A DNA stretch of 64,000 nucleotides from Malacoraja senta (Eukaryota). Position 1 is the stretch's first letter. Every line of letters begins with the position of its first letter. A program made the position numbers and the translations under genes. Below the pieces are notes generated by a model that was not told where the DNA came from, did no database searches, and saw only the letters and a list, made by a program, of their open reading frames with translations. Location: NCBI GenBank assembly GCA_038087875.1, contig CM075982.1, forward strand, positions 13,702,001-13,766,000. The letters are read 5' to 3'. Below, piece after piece: positions 51,559 through 63,543 of this stretch.

Positions 51559-51874
51559 AGTAATGCTGCATTTGCCACAGAGTCTGTGGCCAGCCATGAT
51601 GCAAAGAACAGCAGAAATAATGATATCCCATGACCTAATCTCTACCAGCGGCTCCACAGGATCTCTGTTTATCCTTCCAAAAATTCATAAAGTTGGTTCC
51701 AACAAAATCTTTCTTTCAAAATTCTATGCACGCTTTTATTATAATTCTCTGCCTCAAATACATTTCTTGATTTGTTTATTGAAACAAATTCCCTGGTAGC
51801 TTTCATGCCATTGATTTTTAAGATAATTAAATTGTTGTCCCCTGGATTACTTTCTTCTTATTTACTATTTTCCC

Positions 51875-52200
51875 TGACATAGAAGGAGGCCATTTGGCTG
51901 ATCAAGTCTGGCTGGCTCTCAAAATATTCCCATCGGTCCCGTTAATACATTTATTTTCCCTGAAATGTATCCTCTCTCACATGCCCAAGAACTGCCCCAT
52001 GGTACTCCTGCCACTGACAAGGGGGCAATTTACAGTGGCCAATTAACTAATTGAAGTGGGAGGAAACCAGGGTACTGGGGAGATACCCACGTGATCACCG
52101 TTAGAACATACATAATCCAAACAGTTGGTACCCAAGGTCAGGATCGGAAATGGGTCACTGGACCTGCGTTATTAATAACTCTGCATCACCGCTGTGCCAT
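51875..52200 (-). mobile_element. Old V-SINE copy
   Basis: Degenerate reverse complement of 2965-3273 (gtgggaggaaacc...acccacg...caggatc). Confidence 0.6.
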
Positions 52201-53768
52201 TCATTATTTGTTGAAGAATTAGCTTTTCAGAACTCTTTCAGCACTATTACTTCTTTTAATGGATACTTGGTTAATTAACAGAATTTAAATTCATGATTAG
52301 AATTAAACTCATGTTTCTGGGCCTTTGAGGAATGAACCAGTAACTAAACTATGAGTTGTTGATTATCTGTCTAAATAGCACCAGTGAAGGATCCTTATTG
52401 CTATTGAATGTGTGATCAGTTGTGGGAGGTTAAGTATGTTGAAGTGGGAAGCTCCAAAGTGGCAGTGCAGAATTCAATTAAATCTTGCATGCAAGCTGGT
52501 TAAAAAAAAGGTAAAGATAGAATCGGACTTAAAGATGAAGCACGTAATTGGGCAATGATGGGTGGCAGGTTGGAAGGTTGGCACAACACAAAAATATTAA
52601 TGACTAAGAGATTAATAAAGAAGGAACAATTACAACATGAAATAAAACAGAGTAGAAATGTAGAAGCAGTGATTAGGATATTTTATAGTTATTTAGAAAA
52701 GGAAAGCATTAACATTGAGTGAGCATTGGTCCCATAAAAAGTGAGTCTGGGAAATTAATAATGCGAAGAAAAGGACATGGCAGATGGATTAAACAGGTCA
52801 TGAAAAGCGAAGAACTACAGATGCTGCCAGATAGGTCAGAATGGTAGTAGGATGGAGAATTTAGGTGGCAGTGAATTAAAGAGATCACACTGTGAACACC
52901 AAATGCAGTACACTAGATTGGAAGAATTGGTCTCCTCTACATTGGGGAATGCAAATACAGAGTAGATGAAGGCTTTGATTATGTGACTCGGTTTTCTGTT
53001 GCTCGCCATGTTAGCTCTCCATTCCAGTTTTCACTCTGACCTCTCTGTCTGTTAGTATTTTTAGGCAGATGTAGATAGAAAGAAATGCAGAGCTGAGGTT
53101 ACAATCAGATGAACCATGATCCTGCTGGATGGGCCAAATGGCTCCTAATTCATGTAATTGTTCCTGTATTATGATTTGCAATCTGCAGCTAAAGTTAGTT
53201 GCATATTTTCAACTCCCTTTAGCAGTGTGGTATCTGGGGCACTTCATGTCAGATCTCTGCACACATACAACAGATACCATTTTGTTACCTTAAGGGTGCT
53301 CATAGGTCACAAACAGGGGGCTACTGAGAATAGTTAACACAATCAACAACCAAGCCCCCAAAACAGTTTATATTTTGAATTCTCAACTCTCGACAATGCT
53401 TCATGAACAGTGATGATCCTTAAGGAACTTTGCAGGACCTTTCTTTCTCTTGACTGTAGTATTACAGCTGCCTTCCATTGCATTTTGTCCCCTTAGCATC
53501 GAATCCTGACCCTTGCCATGTATCTCCTCAAATATCCTCAAAAAATGCATCAATGCTCCAACTGTTCTTGCCTCGAAACATTCAATACATTTGGTTAAAC
53601 TTGGTCTCTTTTAAAATTCAATGTCGCTGGGGGCGACATGTTGGAGTAGTCGCACTTTTCCACGCTCCCGACCTGTTCACCTCCAACTTTTATTATAGCT
53701 CAGCCTAAGTTTTATAACTACCCATAAATATTTAAACACCATTGACAGCACCTCTCCACGCTGTAAAG

Positions 53769-54586
53769 ATGCCAAGCAGAGGAAAGAAAGAGGAGCAAAA
53801 GACGGAAGACCCGACGACCAGCACCGGCATGGCCACGCTAGCAGCCATGTTAACAGAGCACAAGGTATCGCTACTGGCAGAATTCAACGCAGCGTTCACC
53901 AAACTGGAAACGAAGCTGGACAATATCCAGACCACTATTTTAGATCACCAACACCGTCTTTCGTCATTAGAGTCTTTTGCCGATACCACCAGCCAAGACA
54001 TACGAGCTATAACGACAATGCTAACTACGGTGACCGAAGAGAACGCCAAGCTAAAGTCTAAGCTTATCGGCCTGGAAGGCAGCAGTCGCCGAAATAACAT
54101 AAGGATAGTCGGTCTCCCCGAGAATATCGAAGGCCCGCAATCAACAGCTTTTTTCTCTCAACTCTTGCTCGAGACTCTTGGCGAACACACACTGGAATTA
54201 GCCCCGGAGCTAGACCGAGCCCACCGTACGCTAACAGCCAAGCCAAGCCCTGGTGAGAAACCCAGAGCAGTTGTGATCTGCTTCCATAGATACCAGACCC
54301 GCGAGTTGGTGGTGCGTGAGGCTCGGAGGCAGAGGGGTAAGCTGAAGTACAAGGATATCCCGATCCACATTTTCGAAGACTACTGTCCCGAGATAGTTGA
54401 ACAACGCTCCGCGTACCGAGACATTATGAAGCTGTACAACCTGGGTCTCAAACCCCCCCTTCATTATCCAGCCAAGCTGTTCATCATGGCCGGGGAAGGA
54501 AAGAGGTGACGACTAACATCTCCCGAGGACGCTCAGGATTTCATCTCATCTTACCGTCGACGCAGACCGGGACCCAGAGACGACTG
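53769..54586 (+). pseudogene. L1 ORF1p (coiled coil + RRM + CTD), premature stop at 54507
   Basis: 255-aa ORF with L1 ORF1 motifs; the frame continues briefly past the stop. Confidence 0.88.
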
Positions 54587-55655
54587 ACTTCGCTCGGTAC
54601 GTCTATATCCGAGTGGCACAGGGGTCCGGTTAATCTACGGTTACACTATGGACTAACTTTAGCTTGACTGCTCTTAGCAACTAGCCATTGCTAGCATTCG
54701 GCCTCGCTGATTATACTAGACCCCTGTCTTGAAATGTATGAGGCTGGTAAGAATTCACCACGATTCGTGACTATCTTATACCAACTTTTCCTTATAATGT
54801 TTATGTGTAATCATACTTGAAAGGTTCTTCACCTGCACATGCTATAAAATTGGGCTTAAGGGACCCACTTTGTGGTTCGTGATCTGGGCTCTGCCTTCTT
54901 GTTTTTAGCAGCTGGTTGCTAACGCTGCCAGCATTCGGCTAGTTTGTTTACACTAGTCTTCCTAGCGGACTGTCTGGGGCTGATAAGAGCTCATTACAGC
55001 CAAGGCTGTGTTATACCAATCTGCTCCTATAGCGTTTTTGTTTAACAATACTTAATTGATGTTCTTTTGCCCTGCGCTTTAATCCAAGAGCCCAGTTTGT
55101 AATTTGCTAACTTTTCCAACGCTAACTCTTTCTTTATACCTTGTCGACTTTAAGATATACTATGTAACACCAAAGGAAGCTATACTTGCTCCACTTATAC
55201 GTTGGCCTGCTTATTCAGTATCACCATTTTGTTAATTTGCTTTCTTATTATTACTATCATCATTACTGTCATTACCATTAGTGTTAGCAATGACATTGGC
55301 AGTGCAACTACTATGGCTATTATTTCAACTTTGTATTTATTTATTTATGTTTATTTTACTTTATTTCTACTTTCTATTTTTCAAATTATTATTATCATTG
55401 TTATTATTATTATTACTATACTTATTTCATTTTATGTTACTTTACTGACATTGAGCGATTTTGTTGCTTTGGGAGGTGGAAATATTGGGAGTTAAGATCG
55501 GATATCTACATGCGGATGCGAGGACAATGCACCTTGGTGCAATGGGCACTCAAGGTTCAGTTGGGACATGGGGAATCTCAGGTCCGGGGACTCAGGTTTG
55601 AAAGATGGTTAAGTGATATGTGTCCCACTTGTTTGTTGTGTGTGTACGTGTGTAT

Positions 55656-57914
55656 GTATCTCCCTAATTCTTAAAAAGGAGAAAGATCCCCTGCTTTGTA
55701 GTAGCTATAGACCAATTTCACTCCTGAATGTGGACCTCAAAATCTTCTCTAAAACCCTTGCGCTCCGTCTTCAACGAGTGATGCCCTCTATTATCTCGTT
55801 AGATCAAACAGGGTTCATACCAGGCCGACAGTCTTCCCACAATACTAGGCGTCCCCTTAACATCATCCATTCACCGAGTAGTGAGACCCCAGAGATAGTG
55901 GTCTCCCTCGACGCCGAAAAAGCTTTCGACAGGGTCGAGTGGAGGTACCTATATGAGGCGATGGACAGGTTTGGCCTCGGTAACAGTTTTATTCTTTGGG
56001 TCAGTCTATTATACTCGTCCCCGGTGGCCTCAGTACAAACAAACGGCACACTGTCGCCCCACTTCCCCCTTCAGAGAGGTACCAGACAGGGTTGCCCGTT
56101 ATCACCACTCCTGTTTGCTGTCGCAATAGAACCCCTGGCGGTCTGGTTACGCTCAGAGAAGGGCTTTAAAGGTATTACACGGTTCGACACAACTCATAAA
56201 GTCTAATTGTATGCAGATGACCTGCTCCTGTACATCTCGAACCCAGTCAGTTCTCTCCCTGTGATTACGAATATTTTAGAACGGTTTGGTGCGTATTCTG
56301 GTTATAAACTTAACTACCAAAAGAGTGAGCTATTACCGATTAACTCATTGGCTAAGCAGCTCCCTCGCTCTTTAACCTCATTCAAATGGGCAGAGGACGG
56401 GTTTCGCTATCTCGGCGTTTTTATCACAACACCCTTATCTGATATGTTCCGCACAAACTTTCTGCCTCTGGTTGAGAAAGCCGAAAGAGATTTTGACCGC
56501 TGGTCAGTTTTACCGCTATCCCTCGTGGGCCGGATAAATCTGGTCAAGATGGTCGTCCTACCCAAATTCCTGTATCTTTTCCAGCACGTCCCTATACTTA
56601 TCACTAAATCTTTTTTTGATAAATTAGAAAGGACAATATCTAAATTTTTATGGGGTAGCAAACCGGCTAGAATCCGAAAGGCGATACTGCAATCTCCTAA
56701 GAGTGACGGCGATTTGGCACTTCCTGACTTTAGGCGATACTATTGGGCAGCTAACTTGCAAAAACTCCTGTATTGGATGAATGATGATTACGACCACCTA
56801 CCGACCTGGGTATACATGAAAAAGGCGAGTTCACGTCTCCCGTTGCGGTCTGTCCTATGCTCCCAGCTTCCCCTTCCTATAACATCTGTGGGTGCAGGCC
56901 CAATTGCGTCCCTCTCGCTCAAGATATGGAGTCAACTCAGGAAAAACTTTGGTTTACAAGGCCCTTCCATCTTGACCCCACTGCTTAAAAATCACATCTT
57001 TAAATCTTCAAGTACAGACCACGCATTCAAAACCTGGCATAGCAACGGTATCAGTAGTATAAAAAACCTATACAAGGATGGCATCTTTTCGTCATTTGTG
57101 GAGCTCTCGTCCAACTACAGCCTCCCAAACTCCCACCTTTTTTGTTTTTTTCCAGATTAGGGATTTTGTGAAGAAGACATTCCCCCATTTCCCAAATCGC
57201 CCTCCTGAAACCCTGACCGATACCATCTTAGCTCTAGATCCCAACCGGAAGAAATGCATCTCTATTTCGTATAACTTGCTAGGGTCGGTTATATTGAAAC
57301 TTCATACCTCATTAAAAGCTGCGTGGGAGGGTGAGCTGAATACAAAACTAACAGACCAGCAATGGGACTCTGCCTTGGATTTGATCCATTCTTCCTCCAT
57401 ATGTGCCCGTCATGGCCTAATCCAATGCAAAGTCCTTCACAAAGTCCACTACACAAATGCAAGATTATCTAGAATTTACCCCGCTATTAGGGACACCTGC
57501 AACAGATGTAATCAATCCCCTGCCAACCATAGCCATATGTTTTGGTCTTGCCCTAAGCTAGCAGCCTTTTGGAGGAGTGCTTTCGACTTGATAAGCAGAG
57601 CCTACGGCCAGACTATTCCTCCAAACCCAATGTCAGCCATTTTTGGTACCCCTCCCAAAACCAACCTCTCTGTTGCAGTGAAACGGGTCCTAGCTTTTAC
57701 AACCTTGTTAGCCCGGAGACTGATCTTGCTTAACTGGAGGCTCACCTGTCCCCCGACACACGCCCGTTGGATTAAGGAGGTGCTTTACAATTTAAAGCTT
57801 GAAAAACTTAGGTTCTCTCTCAAAGGCTCTACCAAGACATTCTTAGATACATGGAACCCTTTCTTGGAACTTGTTAACTCTCTCAACTTGTCCCCGGACT
57901 CGGAAGAGGACTGA
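55656..57914 (+). pseudogene. L1 ORF2p RT + CCHC, N-terminally deleted
   Basis: YRPISLLN, SLDAEKAFDRV, GTRQGCPLSP, YADD, CNRC...H...C; stop at 56204, frameshift ~57150. Confidence 0.92.
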
Positions 57915-58477
57915 GTGCTCTCCACCATTGTTTTGCTCTACTGCAGCTGCTCTCCCCTTAACCCCCCCCCCCCCCACACTTATTTATTTAATTACTTACT
58001 TATTTACTGTTATTAGTGACCCCAATTTTAATTTAAAAAAAAAAATTTAGTACTGTTTGTTTCGTTTATCTTACCATATTTGTGTGGATGTGTACGTATG
58101 TGAGTGTTGTTTGTCCCCGTTTGGTTCTGACCTGATTCGGGTGGGTTGAAGGTGGGTAAGGGTAAGGGCTTTGAGGGTCGCTTACATACTGTTGCACAAT
58201 TATGCCTTGACTGTCACTGTCTGTTATCATAGTATGCATGCAAATTCAAATAAAAAGATTTAAATAATAATAAAATTCAATGTTGACTTTTTGAACATTG
58301 CAAAAGGAATAAAGCTTTATTTTTTTATGTATTACCTCCTTTCTACTGTCATTTATTTGCCCAAGCTCCACCTTTTGCTACCCACAAATGTTTTTACTGC
58401 CCCTTTTCACCTATTCCATCATCCCTTTCATACCCCTTCCCTTTAGTTCTCTCCTCGCAATTCCTCTGTATTTTGAA

Positions 58478-59890
58478 ATGTCATAGAGCCAAACAGCACG
58501 GGAACAGACCCTTCGCCCAATTCACCCGTGCCGACCAAGATGCCCCATCTAAGTTTGTCCCATTTGCCCACATTTGGCTCTTATCCCTCTATCTGTCCAA
58601 ACTTCTTTTAAATGCTATTATAGTACCTGCCTCAACTACCTTCTCCAGCAGTTCGTATCATATACACACCAGCCTCTGAATGAAAAGGTTGCCCATCAGG
58701 TTTCTATCAAATCTTGCCCCTCTCACTTTAAACTTATGTCCTCAGGTTCTTGATTCCCCTACCCTGGATAAAAGCCTCTGTGCATTTATCCTATCTATTC
58801 CCATCATGAATTTATAAACTTCTATAAGATCACCCCTCAGCCTCCTGTGCATCAAGGAATAAAGTCCTAGTCTGCCTAAACATTACCTATAGCTCAGCCC
58901 CTTGAATCCTGGCAAAATCCTTATAAATCTTCACTCTACACTCTTTCCAGCTTCATGGCATAGTATCAATAGCAGGACGACCAAAACTAAGCATAATACT
59001 CCAAATATGGCCTCACCTATGTCTTGTACAACTGTAACATTACATCCCAACTTCTATACTCAATAGCTTGACTAATGTAGGCCAATGTAGGTCATGGAGG
59101 AGGTCATGGAGGAGGAGCCATCTTGAGGAACGGCTGCCAAACAGCAGCCGTGGGTTAATTGTGTTTATTTTTCTAGTTTTTAGTTTTTATTTAAATCCCT
59201 GTTCTTCTTTGTTTGGCATTTCGATGTGGGGGGAATCAAGGGGAAACCACTTCCTGGTCCCTACCTGGTCGGTGAGGCAGCCTTCTCTTCAGCTGCCCAT
59301 TCGACCCGTCCTTGCGGCCTACCAGAGGAATGCGGCCGTTCCAGGTGGCCCAGCTGCTGGAGGATTCACTCGACGCCAGGGCTACATCACCCGGCGAGAA
59401 CGGCCAGGATCATCGGGCCTCTGTAGAGGCAATAGCGGGGGCCTCATTTGGCCTGACTTTTTGGTTGAACTGGGGCTGGGGACTGGACATTGTGCCTTCC
59501 CCCACAGTGGAAATCATTGTGGGGGGATGATTTTTGTTTGTAATTGTTTGTAATTGTATTTGTTAGTCTGTGTTCAGGATGGTAGTCGGAGGGGAGAGTG
59601 GACGCTGGCGCGGTTTCGCTGCCGCTGCTCTCTCCTCAAATTGTGTTTCTGATTTTCTTTTTTGTGTTTTTGGAAGGAATTCTGTCCCTGATTTGTGTAT
59701 TGGCCTTTATAACTTTTTTTTTAAATTCTGATTATTCTGATTATATGTTAACCAAAAATCTCTGTAAGGTGTCCTTGAGACCTCGGTATAAGGCGCCCAT
59801 AAATTAAATTCATTATTATTATTATTATTAATGTAGCAAAAGCTGCTTTTACCACGCTATCTACCTGTGACTCCACTTTCAGGGAACTAT
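58478..59890 (-). mobile_element. CR1 3' fragment interrupted by a SINE-like element
   Basis: Reverse-complement CR1 RT C-terminus and 3' UTR, continuous across the 59091-59829 insertion. Confidence 0.8.
59091..59829 (+). mobile_element. ~740-bp SINE-like non-autonomous element with L2-type 3' end
   Basis: TSD aatgtag 59084-59090 / 59830-59836; 3' ctgtaaggtgtccttgag...aaggcgcccataaat(att)n; second copy at 7325-7600. Confidence 0.82.
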
Positions 59891-60459
59891 ATAATAATAA
59901 TAATAATACATTTTATTTATATAGCGCTTTTCAGGACTCAAAATCGCTTATATATGCCTGTATATAATGTGGCTAGTGAGTAGGTTTATTTTCCCTTGCA
60001 GATTTCCTCTAGGGATTGGATAATCTGTTCGAATTGTAAATTTCCTTTTACAAAATAAGGTGATAAATTTCATCACTAAATTTGTAAAAGATTATAAATT
60101 TTCACATGAAAGATTAGTGACCTCTTTCACTGTTCACAAATTGCTGCCCTGACATACACTTCCTGTTTAATTTCAAGTTTTCTTACTTTATTTTTTGATC
60201 GTGATAAGGAGGAAAATACAAGGCCGTAATAGGCACAGTTATCACTGATATGGAGGCAACAATGGAATTAAAGATCTTAGATGATTTCTAGGGCACATCA
60301 AATACATCAATTCCTTTGTTCCTTATATATCAGAGCAAACAACAAACCCATGGGAGCTTCTGAAAGAAGATGCAGAATATCAGTGCTCACAATAGCATAT
60401 ATCAAGTTTCAGCAAACACAAGGAAATGGTGTCATAATACAACACCAAAAACTGTCCTT

Positions 60460-60555
60460 CTCAGTCTGAAGAAGGGGTTCGGCCCGAAACGTTGCCTATT
60501 TCCTTCGCTCCATAGATGCTGCTGCACCTGCTGAGTTTCTCCAGCATTTTTGTGT
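60460..60555 (+). mobile_element. 96-bp Penelope pLTR mini-insertion with hammerhead core
   Basis: CUGAAGA-agggguucggccc-GAAAC-GUU; TSD actgtcctt 60451-60459 / 60556-60564. Confidence 0.82.
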
Positions 60556-61043
60556 ACTGTCCTTTGATAGTTGGATATGTCAGTTGAAGGCCTGGGATTA
60601 GCTCCAAAGCAAGTTGGCAAGCCATTAGCATTTGCAATTTCAGTACTCATGTTGCCAGAAGCAACACTTGCCAACATAGAAAGTGAACTATAGCAGTTGT
60701 GCATGGATGTGAGACATTCACCTCTTTACTTTGTAGGAGGAAATGTGCAATAGAAACTGATTACCCAACCCCCAGAGGAAATCTACAGGGGGGAAAAAAT
60801 ATGTGCAACACAGGCAAGGCTATAAAGATTCACCTTATCTTAAGAGAAATGAAATATCAAAGAAAGTAATGTTTGCAGCAGATGCACCGACTCCACTTTC
60901 ACCACAGGAGTGCACAAGATGAGAGATCTGCGTGAGAATGCAATAATCTGTCTCAATTACTTCCATCCAGTGGCATTTACATCCACCATAATGAAGTGCT
61001 TTGAGAGAAAGATTCTGGTGCAAATCAACTCCTGCCTTAGAAA

Positions 61044-61271
61044 TTAGCGGTATGAACATTGACTTCTCCAATTTCAGGTAGTCCTTGCTTTCTCCCTCCT
61101 TCCCCTCCCCTTCGCAGCTCTCCCACAGCCTACTGTCTCTGCCTCTTCCTTTCTTTCCCCCCTCCCCCCCACATCAGTCTGCAGAAAGGTCTCGACCTGA
61201 AACGTAACCTATTCCTTCGCTCCATAGATGCTGCCTCACCCGCTGAGTTTCTTCAGCATTTTTGTCTACCT
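61044..61271 (+). mobile_element. Penelope pLTR copy
   Basis: gcggtatgaacattgacttctcc...ctgcagaaaggtctcgacctgaaacgta...ttttgtctac. Confidence 0.8.
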
Positions 61272-61289
61272 TAGAAATTATCTACTTCA

Positions 61290-62476
61290 GTTTGCCTAAT
61301 ACCACAACAGGTCAACAGCAGGCACTATCACTGGCCCTCCACTCTAGTTTGGACCATCTGGATAACAGGGACACACACATCAGGCTGTTAGAAACAAGGA
61401 ACTGCAGATGCTGGTATACAAAAAAATACACAAATTCTGGAGTAACTTAGCGCATCAGGCAGCATCTCTGGAGAACACAGATAAGTGATGTTTTGGGTCA
61501 GGACCTTTCTTCAGACTTATTATGGAAGATATACCATCTTCACTACACTGAAGACTGCATCGGTATTGCCTCCTGCACCCGTGTGTCATTGATTTCATCA
61601 ACTTTATCACTAGCTTCCACCCTGCCCTCGAATTCACTTGGACTATCTCTGACACCTCTCACCTTTTTTGATCTCTGTATCTCCATCACAGGAGACTGAC
61701 AAACAACTGATGGCTATTAAAACAACCACCGATTCCCCCGGTTAGTATATAGAAACAAGGAAATGCAGATGCTGGTTTACAGAAAAAGACACAAAGTGCT
61801 GGAGTAATTAGGCGGGTCAAGCAGCATCTCTGCATGCTTAGCCCCCCTGCTCTAAACTCTTCACACCCATGACTGTCTGGTTAAGCACAGCTCTGTTGTA
61901 ACTTATAAATTCACAAACGACAGCACTGTGGTTGGCCAAACACCAGTAGTGATGAGTCATCAGAAAGGTTGAGTGGAGAGACAGCGCACCAGTTTTTATT
62001 GGTGGGGGGTAGTGGTGGAGAGAGTTAGCAACCTCAAATGCCTGGTGTTAACATCTTGGATGACCTGTCCTAGTCTCAGTACAAAGATGCAATGATGAAG
62101 AAAGGTAACCTGCACCTCAATTTTCTTTTATGTTTAAAGAGATGCTACCAACAGCCAGGAGATATCGAAGAATAAATGTCTACACCACCAGGTTCAGGAA
62201 CAGCTACTTCCCTACAACTATGAGGCTCTTGAACCAACCTACACAACCCTTCGAACCCATTTCTTAGGACTTGTTTTCTTTTCCAATTATGTTTTGTATG
62301 AATGTCTAGTTTGTTTACACAGTCTTTCTTTTTGAATTTTGTATAATAAATTTAGGTTTGATTCATTTTCATGTGCTTACCCGAATCTATGTGCCTGCAA
62401 TACTGCAGCAAATACATGTTTTCATTGTACCTGTACCTCACTGTTCTTGTGCAAATGAAAATAAACTTGAACTTGA
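61290..62476 (+). mobile_element. Old Rex1 remnant interrupted by Penelope fragments
   Basis: ALHSSLDHLDNRDTHIRLL; cttagccccctgctc; (aacttg)n tail; minus pLTRs at ~61388-61518 and ~61750-61832. Confidence 0.65.
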
Positions 62477-62489
62477 AGGTACAACACCC

Positions 62490-63543
62490 AGTGACTTCCT
62501 CATTCTCAGACAACAGTCTGTTTGTATTGGTGGAAATGTGTCAGACTCGATAACAATCAGCACGGGACCACCTCAAGGCTGCGTGCTCAGCCCCCTGCTG
62601 TACTCACTCTATACTCATGACTGCATAGCCGGTCATAGTGTGAACTCGATCATCAAGTTCACTGACGACACCACTATTGTGGGACGTATCACTGATGGGG
62701 ATGAGTCAGAGTACAGAAGAGAGATCGAGCAACTGTCCATATGGTGCCAGCACAATAACCTGGCCCTCAACACCAGTAAAACCAAGGAACTGATTGTGGA
62801 CTTTGGAAGGAGTAGGATGGGGATCCACAGTCCCGTTTATATCAATGGGTCGATGGTTGAAAGGGTCAAGAGCTTTAGATTCCTGGGCGTGCACATCTCT
62901 GAAGATCTTTCCTGGTCCGAGAACACTGATGCTACTATTAAGAAAGCACATCAGTACCTCTACTTCCTGAGAAGATTACGGAGAGTCGGTTTGTCAAGGA
63001 AAACTCTCTCTAACATCTACAGGTGCACAGTAGAGAGCATGCTGACCGGTTGCATCGTGGCTTGGTTCGGCAACTTGAGCGCCCTGGAGAGGAAAAGACT
63101 ACAAAGAGTAGTAAACACTGCCCAGTCCATCATCGGCTCTGACCTCCCTTCCATCGAGGGGATCTATCGCAGTCACTGCCTCAAAAAGGCTGGCAGTAGC
63201 ATCAAGGACCCACACCATCCTGGCCACACACTCATCTCCCTGCTATCTTCAGGTAGAAGGTACAGGAGCCTGAAGACTGCAACGACCAGGTTCAGGAATA
63301 GCTACTTCCCCACAGCCATCAGGCTATTAAACTTGGCTCGGACAAAACTATGAACATTAATAGCCCATTATCTGTTATTTGCACTTTATCAGTTTATTTA
63401 TTCATGTGTGTATATATTTATATAATGATATATGGACACACTGATCTGTTTTGTAGTCAATGCCTTCTATGTTCTGTTGTGCTGAAGCAAAGCAAGAATT
63501 TCATTGTCCTATGACACATGACAATAAACTCACTTGAACTTGA
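62490..63543 (+). mobile_element. 5'-truncated Rex1/Babar LINE (RT C-terminal half, open frame)
   Basis: PQGCVLSPLLYSLYTHDC...KFTDD...SGRRYRSL; tail tgacaataaactcacttgaacttga. Confidence 0.92.

Larger units (their letters stand above)
53625..58271 (+). mobile_element. L1 (fish/Swimmer-like) with internal deletion of the endonuclease region
   Basis: ORF1 (SRRNNIRIVGLPE...LDRAHR), partial ORF2, A-rich tail; TSD aaaattcaatgt 53613-53624 / 58272-58283 at a TT/AAAA site. Confidence 0.93.

Noticed and set aside
55202-55495. Hydrophobic 97-aa ORF inside L1
   Set aside because: Derived from (att)n-rich inter-ORF sequence.
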